Assembly: GCA_029561455.1 (NCBI GenBank)
Contig: JAKQIY010000064.1
Location: forward strand, 53,579-117,578
Direction: 5' to 3'
DNA from: a bacterium
GTDB lineage: Bacteria > Zhuqueibacterota > Zhuqueibacteria > Residuimicrobiales > Krinioviventaceae
Length of the DNA: 64,000 bases
The position numbers and the translations under genes are program-made. The stretch's first letter is position 1; the number at the start of each line of letters is the position of its first letter. Shown here piece by piece: positions 57,365-64,000 of the stretch. The notes under the pieces were generated by a model. The model was not told where the DNA came from, made no database searches, and saw nothing but the letters and a program-made list of their open reading frames with translations.

Positions 57365-57946
57365 TTGTATAACCAGGAAACAGATAACAATGAATTAATA
57401 CTTGCGGCAAAAAAAGGAGATCAAAAGGCGCTGACTTTATTAATCAACCAACATGCCGAAGCAATTCACAGTTTTATCTATTCTCTTTTAGGCGATCGTC
57501 ATATTGTAGAAGACTTGTCACAGGAAACATTTCTCAGAATGATTGTAGCTATTAAAGATTATGAATTTCGCGCCCCGTTTCGTTCCTGGTTATTTCGTAT
57601 TGCCGTTAATTTAAGCCGCGATCACCTGCGCAGAAAAAAAGTACGTAACATTATGTCATTTCTCACTACCGAAGAGAATGACGATGAGTATACTATTGTT
57701 GATGCAGTTCAAAATCCATTTAAAGACCTTGAACAAAAAGAAACGATGAATAACATAAACCTGGCGCTAAAAAGTTTGCCCGAATCTTTACGGGTTGTTT
57801 TCCTGCTCCGCGATGTACAAGAACTTTCCTATGAGGAAATTGCCGATTCATTAAAATGGAGTCTGGGCACCGTGAAATCACGCTTGTTCCGCGCCCGTAA
57901 AGAAATTGCCAATTATTTGACCCAATTACAGGAAGAAATGATATGA
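57365..57946 (+). CDS. ECF sigma-70 factor
   Basis: EDLSQETF, FRSWLFRIAVN, LSYEEIA...GTVKSRLFRAR. TTG start at 57365 after AAGGA; 57320 is an alternative start. Confidence 0.92.
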   Translation: MYNQETDNNELILAAKKGDQKALTLLINQHAEAIHSFIYSLLGDRHIVEDLSQETFLRMIVAIKDYEFRAPFRSWLFRIAVNLSRDHLRRKKVRNIMSFLTTEENDDEYTIVDAVQNPFKDLEQKETMNNINLALKSLPESLRVVFLLRDVQELSYEEIADSLKWSLGTVKSRLFRARKEIANYLTQLQEEMI

Positions 57947-58368
57947 AAAAGCTACAAGTATTTACCAGATTGCTCAACAGCTTGAAAGAGCTGTTCAAGC
58001 CAGTCAATTCCATTTACCAGGATGAAGCCAAACAGGCGGAGCAGATAAAATTTTTGCAGGAACGGACCGAATTTTTACGCTATTTTCCGGTTTCGCCCTA
58101 TTTTGCACAAAAAGTTCTGGTTACGGCCAATTCAAGAAAACGGGAAGAATTCTGGCTTAATTTGCAATTGTTTCCCGGACCGGCTGCCAAATTCGCCCTG
58201 TTTTCACTGATCCTGGTCATTACCCTGTTCCTGGTGCCCGGTAATAACGGCAATACCGGCAGTGAAGAGACAACCACAGACGCTATTACAATAATATATA
58301 ATAATGATGCCTCTATTAATGAAATAAAGACGGATGAACAGGCATTACAGTTTGCTTTGCTTTATTAA
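57943..58368 (+). CDS. Probable single-pass membrane anti-sigma factor
   Basis: ATGA overlap with the sigma gene; one TM. Confidence 0.6.
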   Translation: MKKLQVFTRLLNSLKELFKPVNSIYQDEAKQAEQIKFLQERTEFLRYFPVSPYFAQKVLVTANSRKREEFWLNLQLFPGPAAKFALFSLILVITLFLVPGNNGNTGSEETTTDAITIIYNNDASINEIKTDEQALQFALLY

Positions 58369-58384
58369 TAAACCGGAGTTGGAA

Positions 58385-58795
58385 ATGTTAAAATCAAAAC
58401 GTATGGCTCTTGCAAGCCTTGTCATAATTTTTCTTTTAGGTATTATCCTTGGTGTTGCAGGCGAACGCTACATTTTTCGCCACTGGCATCCACAAAGACA
58501 CGGCCGCGGCGATGATTTTATGATTAAAGATTTTACCCAAAAATTAAATTTAACTGTTGACCAGCAGCAACAATTAAAAGTCCTGCTTGGAGAAATACGC
58601 GAAAAATATGAACAGGCGCGCGCCAGCATGAAACCGGAATTTGAAAAAATATCCCAGGAATTTCGGGATAAATTTGCACAAATTCTGGATGAAAAACAAA
58701 AACCAATATTTGACCAAATGAACAAGGAATTTGATTCGAGAGAAAATGAAAAAAATCGAGACCGAAGAGATAGAGACCGCGAAAAAAGAGAATAA
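58385..58795 (+). CDS. Spy/CpxP/heavy-metal-sensor-like helical periplasmic protein
   Basis: TM; KLNLTVDQQQQL...ILDEKQ LTxxQ-like motifs. Confidence 0.7.
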   Translation: MLKSKRMALASLVIIFLLGIILGVAGERYIFRHWHPQRHGRGDDFMIKDFTQKLNLTVDQQQQLKVLLGEIREKYEQARASMKPEFEKISQEFRDKFAQILDEKQKPIFDQMNKEFDSRENEKNRDRRDRDREKRE

Positions 58796-58851
58796 TTTAG
58801 TGTATTTGAACATCTAATATAATAAAATGTAAGAATGGAGATGTATATTAT

Positions 58852-60141
58852 ATGAAAAAGTGGATTTTTATACCGATTGTCCTTATTGTAGCAGTCATCA
58901 TCTGGCTGGTAACAAAACCGGGTGACGCCCGCAATGTAAATACAGGATTTACACCCCAGACAGATTCAATAAAAAAGGGCGATATTAAAGTGGAAGTATC
59001 CGCCACAGGCATCATTCAACCCATTAATAAAGTTGAAATCAAATCCAAAGCCAGCGGTTTGATTGAGGAATTGCCGATTGAAGAAGCAGATATTGTTACG
59101 AAAGGTGAACTAATAGCCAGACTCGATCAGCGCGACACGAAAAACGCTTATGATCAGTCCGTTGCCGACCGGGATGCAGCTGAAGCAAACGTGGCCTTTT
59201 GCGAAAGCGATTATACCCGGAAAAAAGAGCTATACGATCGCGGTCTTATATCTGCCACCGATTTTGATCAGGCAAAATTAAGCCTGGTCCAGGCCAAAGC
59301 GCAACTGGTGCGCGTCAAGATTGAAGTGGATAATAACGATATTAAACTGAAAGATACTATTGTACGCTCGCCTATCAACGGCGTTATATTGACCAAAGAC
59401 GTGGAAATCGGGCAGATCATTTCATCCGGTATTTCTTCGGTATCCGGCGGTACGCTGATCGCTACAGTTGCGGAAATGAGCGAGGTTCACGTAATTGCGG
59501 TTGTCGATGAAGTGGATATAGGCAGAATGCGTAACGGCATGAAAGCTAATGTGATCGCCGATGCTTTCCCCAACAAGGTTTTTCAGGGTGAAGTGATACG
59601 TATTGCCGCCCAGGCGACTGTTGAACAAAATGTTACCAGTTTTGAAGTAACCATCAAAGTTTCCAATCCGGGTTCTTTACTCAAAGCCGGTATGAACACC
59701 GCGGTGGAAATCCTGGTAGCTGATAAAAAAGATGTGCTGCTCATTCCTAATGAAGCGTTAATGACGCAAAAGGAAATGCAGCAGGAAATCATGAAACTGA
59801 ACCTGGCTGCAGGCCAGACAACGGCCAAACCCAAACAAAACGGTAACGAACCAAGACAGTACGGACAAGGGAATCGGCCGCAGGAATCGTCGGCGCCGGC
59901 AGAGGCTGAATCTCTGAACCGGGGTGTGATTATTAAACAAGAGTCCGGTTACCGTATGCAGATGGTCAATACCGGCATCAGCAATTTCGATTACACCGAA
60001 GCGCTGGATGGCGTTAAAGAAGGCGACCAGGTGGTGTATACCTACGTATCCCAATCCATGCAGGCAAATAGTGAAATGCGTGAACGGATGATCCAGCGTA
60101 ACGCGGCGCAATCCGGCATGAGAAGCCAGCGTTCAAATTAA
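58852..60141 (+). CDS. MacA-like efflux periplasmic adaptor subunit
   Basis: VSATGIIQP, lipoyl halves (SKASG, RSPINGVI), VDEVDIG, LKAGMN. Confidence 0.9.
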   Translation: MKKWIFIPIVLIVAVIIWLVTKPGDARNVNTGFTPQTDSIKKGDIKVEVSATGIIQPINKVEIKSKASGLIEELPIEEADIVTKGELIARLDQRDTKNAYDQSVADRDAAEANVAFCESDYTRKKELYDRGLISATDFDQAKLSLVQAKAQLVRVKIEVDNNDIKLKDTIVRSPINGVILTKDVEIGQIISSGISSVSGGTLIATVAEMSEVHVIAVVDEVDIGRMRNGMKANVIADAFPNKVFQGEVIRIAAQATVEQNVTSFEVTIKVSNPGSLLKAGMNTAVEILVADKKDVLLIPNEALMTQKEMQQEIMKLNLAAGQTTAKPKQNGNEPRQYGQGNRPQESSAPAEAESLNRGVIIKQESGYRMQMVNTGISNFDYTEALDGVKEGDQVVYTYVSQSMQANSEMRERMIQRNAAQSGMRSQRSN

Positions 60142-60159
60142 AAAAATCAAGGTAGTACT

Positions 60160-61401
60160 ATGTATAAAAAAACCAAAAAATCATTAACGGAACTGGGAGA
60201 AAGTATAAAAATTGCCCTGACCTCCCTGGCCGCCAACAAGATGCGGGCAGCGCTGACCATGCTGGGCATTATCATTGGAGTTGCCGCAGTTATTACCGTT
60301 GTGGGACTTGGCAATGGCGCGCAAAAAGCCATTACCGACAGGATACAATCCCTGGGCTCGAATTTGTTATTTGTTCGCGCCGGCTCGCCAAACCAGGGCC
60401 ATATTCACTGGGGCGAAGGCAGTTCCCAAAGTCTGGAAAACATTGACGCTGAAGTTATTAAAGAAAAAAGCACCATGGCAGCCTATGTGATCCCGGAATT
60501 CAGTAAAAATGCGCAAATTGTGTATGGCGCAAAAAACTGGAATAGCTCGGTAGTCGGCACCATTCCGGAATTTGAAGCCGCGCGCAGTTTTAAAACCACC
60601 GATGGCAGGTATTTTACCGCCAAGGAAATGGAAAATTCGGAGCGGGTTGCGGTTATCGGTAATGAAGTTAAGAACAACCTGTTCGGCTCCACCAACCCCA
60701 TCGGTGAAACCATAAAAATCAACCAGGATAATTTTATTGTCGTCGGTTTGCTGGAAAAAAAGGGCCAAACCGGCTGGCGTAATGAAGACGACCAGATATT
60801 GATCCCGATAACTACGGCGCAAAAGCGGGTGTTCGGCGCCGATTACCTCACCGGCATAACCATTCAGGTATTAAACGACAAGGTGGTGGACGAAGCCCTG
60901 GTGGAAATTGAAAAAATCCTGCGCCGCCAGCATCGCCTGCTGCGCGACCAGGATAATGACTTTTCCATCCGTAACCAGTCCGATGTTATTACAACTTTTC
61001 AGGAGACCAACAAATCATTCAGTTTTCTGCTGGCTTCTATTGCCGGAGTATCGTTGCTGGTGGGCGGCATCGGCATTATGAACATCATGCTGGTATCGGT
61101 AACGGAGCGCACCCGCGAGATCGGTATTCGCAAAGCCATCGGCGCCCGCCGCAAGGATATTTTACTACAATTTCTCATCGAATCGGTCACCATCAGCCTG
61201 GCAGGTGGAGTTTTGGGTATTCTTTTGGGCATCCTTCTCTCCTATGGCCTGGCGACCTGGGCGCAATGGAATACCATGGTATCGGCAGCTTCAATAATAA
61301 TGAGTTTTGCATTTGCTTCGGCGGTGGGCTTGTTTTTTGGTATCTACCCGGCCCGTAAAGCCGCCAGTCTCGACCCGATCATTGCGTTGCGATATGAATA
61401 A
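60160..61401 (+). CDS. MacB/FtsX-like ABC transporter permease (no ATPase domain)
   Basis: RAALTMLGIIIGVAAVI, GGIGIMNIMLVSVTERTREIGIRKAIGA, PARKAASLDPIIALRYE. Confidence 0.93.
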   Translation: MYKKTKKSLTELGESIKIALTSLAANKMRAALTMLGIIIGVAAVITVVGLGNGAQKAITDRIQSLGSNLLFVRAGSPNQGHIHWGEGSSQSLENIDAEVIKEKSTMAAYVIPEFSKNAQIVYGAKNWNSSVVGTIPEFEAARSFKTTDGRYFTAKEMENSERVAVIGNEVKNNLFGSTNPIGETIKINQDNFIVVGLLEKKGQTGWRNEDDQILIPITTAQKRVFGADYLTGITIQVLNDKVVDEALVEIEKILRRQHRLLRDQDNDFSIRNQSDVITTFQETNKSFSFLLASIAGVSLLVGGIGIMNIMLVSVTERTREIGIRKAIGARRKDILLQFLIESVTISLAGGVLGILLGILLSYGLATWAQWNTMVSAASIIMSFAFASAVGLFFGIYPARKAASLDPIIALRYE

Positions 61402-61471
61402 AACGCTTTAATTTATTTTAAGAGTAATTTTATTATTATCAATACACTACCCGGTTGCTCCTTAAAAACCG

Positions 61472-61507
61472 CCCCCATCGGGATTTGCTGCCCGGTGGGG
61501 GATTTTT
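61472..61507 (+). terminator. Intrinsic terminator after the permease
   Basis: CCCCCATCGGG...CCCGGTGGGGG stem followed by a T-run. Confidence 0.6.
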
Positions 61508-61589
61508 AATAATCATGGGAAGAAACGGTAGATTCCAACCTCTGCTTCATCATTATAAAAATATCCGCCTTACGAACAAGGCATCCCCC

Positions 61590-61617
61590 GTCGAGACAAG
61601 GCATGCCTTGTCTCGAC
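61590..61617. repeat. Perfect 28-bp palindrome, REP-like
   Basis: GTCGAGACAAGGCATGCCTTGTCTCGAC equals its own reverse complement; partial copy ACAAGGCAT at 61576-61584. Confidence 0.7.
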
Positions 61618-61633
61618 AATTTTTACCTCTCAC

Positions 61634-63952
61634 CTAAAACTCGTATTCCAAGCCGAATATCGGCAGCATGCCCCATTGCGTGGTTGTACCCTGTTCATTT
61701 TTAGTTATATTCCAGTAATAACCGGCCACATTCTTGCGGTTGTATACATTCCACACACTGAAATAAAATACCAGGTTGGAATTGCTAAAGTGGAAGCGCC
61801 GATCAAAACGTAAATTTAACGAATGGTAATCCGGATAACGGGCGCCATTCAGGCGGTTTTCATCCAGCACTTCACGATCAAGCGCGCGCGACGCCGCCAG
61901 ATCGAGTGGCGTATAGGGTGTGCCGCCGGCAATGATCCAGCGACAGCTATATTCCCATTTGCTGTTCGGCTTATAACCGCCCTCGATGCTGAATAAGTAG
62001 CGATTATCAAACACCCGGTCACGCCATTCGCCGTCGCCGCCCTGGTAACGACTGGTAAAATAGGCGGCGCTCACTAATCCATAAACTTTTTCAGCCAGCT
62101 TTTTTTGCAGCGTCAGTTCAACGCCTTTTGATTCCGCTTTGCCGTTATCCACAAGATTGGCGTGGTTGAAAAAGAACCCGTAGCGGTAATAGATCTCGTC
62201 AATCAGGAACAATGACGGCTGGGTGGGATCAATCGGAAAATGGCTGTAATCTTTTTTATATACTTCCAGCGTCAACCGGGTATTCTCGGTGAGCAAGCGC
62301 TCGATGCCGGCAACATAATGCACAGCGCGGGTATCATCAAGTTCTTTATTGGCGTTATTTTGCGCCAGCAGCGTGAACGGTAGACTCTGATAAAATACAC
62401 CCGCAGATGCATTCAGGGATGTCCGATTCCCTAAACGATAGGACATTGCGAAGCGCGGTGATACGGTGGTCTTTTTATTATAGGAAAAATAATCACTGCG
62501 CGCGCCCAGGGTAACGGTGAGCGGCTGAACCGGACGAGAGATCAGGTTGGCGAATGCCCCGGCTTTGGCGGCATTAACGGCAGTATTATAGTCAAAGTAT
62601 GGTACGGTATCGCCCAGGGCGTCGGTATATTGTGAAACAAAATTATCATATTTTATTTGATAATTTTTGGCTTCAACGCCAATTTCCAGGGTATTGTTAC
62701 CGTTCACCTGCAAATGGTTCATATTGCGGAACTTGAACTCGTGTTCACGGGAGCGGTTTTGCAGCAGGTGAATTTCGGTAGCGGTTTCAAAAAAATCTTC
62801 ATTAAAATGGTTGATGGTCGCCGCGAGCGACGTAGTGGAATAGAATTTTTTGTGCCACAAGGCGCGCCAGTTAACGCCCAGGGTGTTTTCATATATATTT
62901 TGCGAACCATAGGCCACCATAGCGTTTTCGAGCGCCGCTGCTTTATCGGGTTTGTTATGGTCATCGCCGAAAACACCCAGGAGTTCCAGCTTATGGTTGG
63001 GGTTCACGTCCCACACCAGTTTGCCCTGGGTATCGCCATAGCGCGGGGCAATGGACGTACCAGCATCTATAGCTTTAATAATCAAATCCAGGTAACTGCG
63101 CCGTACGGAAAACAGGTACGAGCCCTTTTCTCCCGCCAACGGGCCTTCGAATGTGCCGCCAAAACCAGCAAAATTCAAATCCAGTTGGCCGTCAAACTCT
63201 TCGCGATTACCCTCGCGGAAATTCATTTCCATGATAGAAGATAGTTTATCGCCATACATGGCGGAGAACCCGCCGGTGTAAAAATTCACATCCTGGACGA
63301 AATCGACATTAATCATGCCGATAGGCCCGCCGGAAGCGCCCTGGGTGGGGAAATGGTTGATGTTGGGAATTTCAATGTTATCGATATAAAAAGCATTCTC
63401 AACCGGGCTGCCACCGCGCACAATGAGACTGTTGCTCTGATCGTTTACTTTGGCCACGCTGGGCAGGCTCATTAAAATCCGGCTCACATCGCCGGCAGAT
63501 CCCGGCGCCCGGCGGATTTCCTCGGCTGAAAAATTAACAATGCTGGTCGGCTGTTCCGCAGTTTGTGTAAAATAACCGGCGCTGACACTGATCGCCTCGG
63601 CTTCCAAAACAGACATTTTTAATTCAACCCGAACCGGAGTAATACGTTCAGAACGGATAATAATATCGGTCTTGCGGAATGTTTCATAACCGATATAATT
63701 AAATTGCAACACATAACTGCCAACCGGGACATTTTTTATAGTAAATTTACCATTATCGTCCGTTGCCGAACCTAACTGGGTGCCAACCAGTGACACATTG
63801 GCGCCAATCAACGGCTGTTGATTATCGGTATCGACCACTTGTCCCTGAATTGTTCCCTTTAATCCGGCGGCACTCGAGTTTGCTATAAAAAAACAGCCGA
63901 ACAGTACCACGAGTAAAATAGCACATTTTGAAAAACACTTGATAATTTTCAT
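61634..63952 (-). CDS. TonB-dependent receptor with N-terminal carboxypeptidase-regulatory-like domain
   Basis: GTIQGQVVD...PLIGANV...GSATD; plug VRGGSP.EN...IDNIEI; GGFSAMYGDKLSS; C-terminal EYEF. Confidence 0.92.
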   Translation of the reverse strand: MKIIKCFSKCAILLVVLFGCFFIANSSAAGLKGTIQGQVVDTDNQQPLIGANVSLVGTQLGSATDDNGKFTIKNVPVGSYVLQFNYIGYETFRKTDIIIRSERITPVRVELKMSVLEAEAISVSAGYFTQTAEQPTSIVNFSAEEIRRAPGSAGDVSRILMSLPSVAKVNDQSNSLIVRGGSPVENAFYIDNIEIPNINHFPTQGASGGPIGMINVDFVQDVNFYTGGFSAMYGDKLSSIMEMNFREGNREEFDGQLDLNFAGFGGTFEGPLAGEKGSYLFSVRRSYLDLIIKAIDAGTSIAPRYGDTQGKLVWDVNPNHKLELLGVFGDDHNKPDKAAALENAMVAYGSQNIYENTLGVNWRALWHKKFYSTTSLAATINHFNEDFFETATEIHLLQNRSREHEFKFRNMNHLQVNGNNTLEIGVEAKNYQIKYDNFVSQYTDALGDTVPYFDYNTAVNAAKAGAFANLISRPVQPLTVTLGARSDYFSYNKKTTVSPRFAMSYRLGNRTSLNASAGVFYQSLPFTLLAQNNANKELDDTRAVHYVAGIERLLTENTRLTLEVYKKDYSHFPIDPTQPSLFLIDEIYYRYGFFFNHANLVDNGKAESKGVELTLQKKLAEKVYGLVSAAYFTSRYQGGDGEWRDRVFDNRYLFSIEGGYKPNSKWEYSCRWIIAGGTPYTPLDLAASRALDREVLDENRLNGARYPDYHSLNLRFDRRFHFSNSNLVFYFSVWNVYNRKNVAGYYWNITKNEQGTTTQWGMLPIFGLEYEF

Positions 63953-64000
63953 TGTTTCTTTCCTGATTTTTAGTTATTGTTAATTATCCTTACATATAAT

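Noticed and set aside
61455-61637. 60-aa ORF containing VETRHALS
   Set aside because: It is a translation of the terminator and REP-like palindrome, not a credible gene.
1-64000. CRISPR arrays, tRNA/rRNA, transposases, prophage
   Set aside because: No regularly spaced repeats, RNA gene signatures or mobile-element proteins were seen by eye; a covariance-model scan was not run.

Overview
Gene-dense bacterial chromosomal window from an anaerobic or facultative diderm. A FlgD-Ig/T9SS-like C-terminal domain, a TonB receptor with a carboxypeptidase-regulatory-like N-terminus, and LPS heptose genes suggest an FCB-superphylum lineage such as KSB1/Calditrichota (inference). About 55 CDS were called. 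No rRNA, tRNA, CRISPR array or transposase was seen. Main blocks: rhamnulokinase and a TlpA redoxin; a PadR-headed Mrp/NifX/MinD-ferredoxin operon; rfaE1-gmhB; a pentaheme cytochrome + heme-motif beta-barrel + DUF1080 operon; a PBP1A/S2P/SAM-hydrolase/dNK string; a partner-switching cluster with five PP2C phosphatases, RsbW and RsbV but no sigma factor; an AmmeMemoRadiSam locus whose radical SAM and DUF362 partner carry Tat signals; a long KamA-like radical SAM; an OMP-barrel/CpoB-like fusion; der; an LPP20/TPR-SLH/FlgT/CsgG envelope operon; an ECF sigma-MacAB-like operon; and a TonB receptor. Non-coding signals read directly from the sequence: two near-identical sigma54-type promoters, two matching ECF-type promoters, a PadR operator-like palindrome, a 28-bp REP-like palindrome and several terminators. 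A 59-aa gene missing from the ORF track was also found. All product calls come from motif recognition, not database searches.
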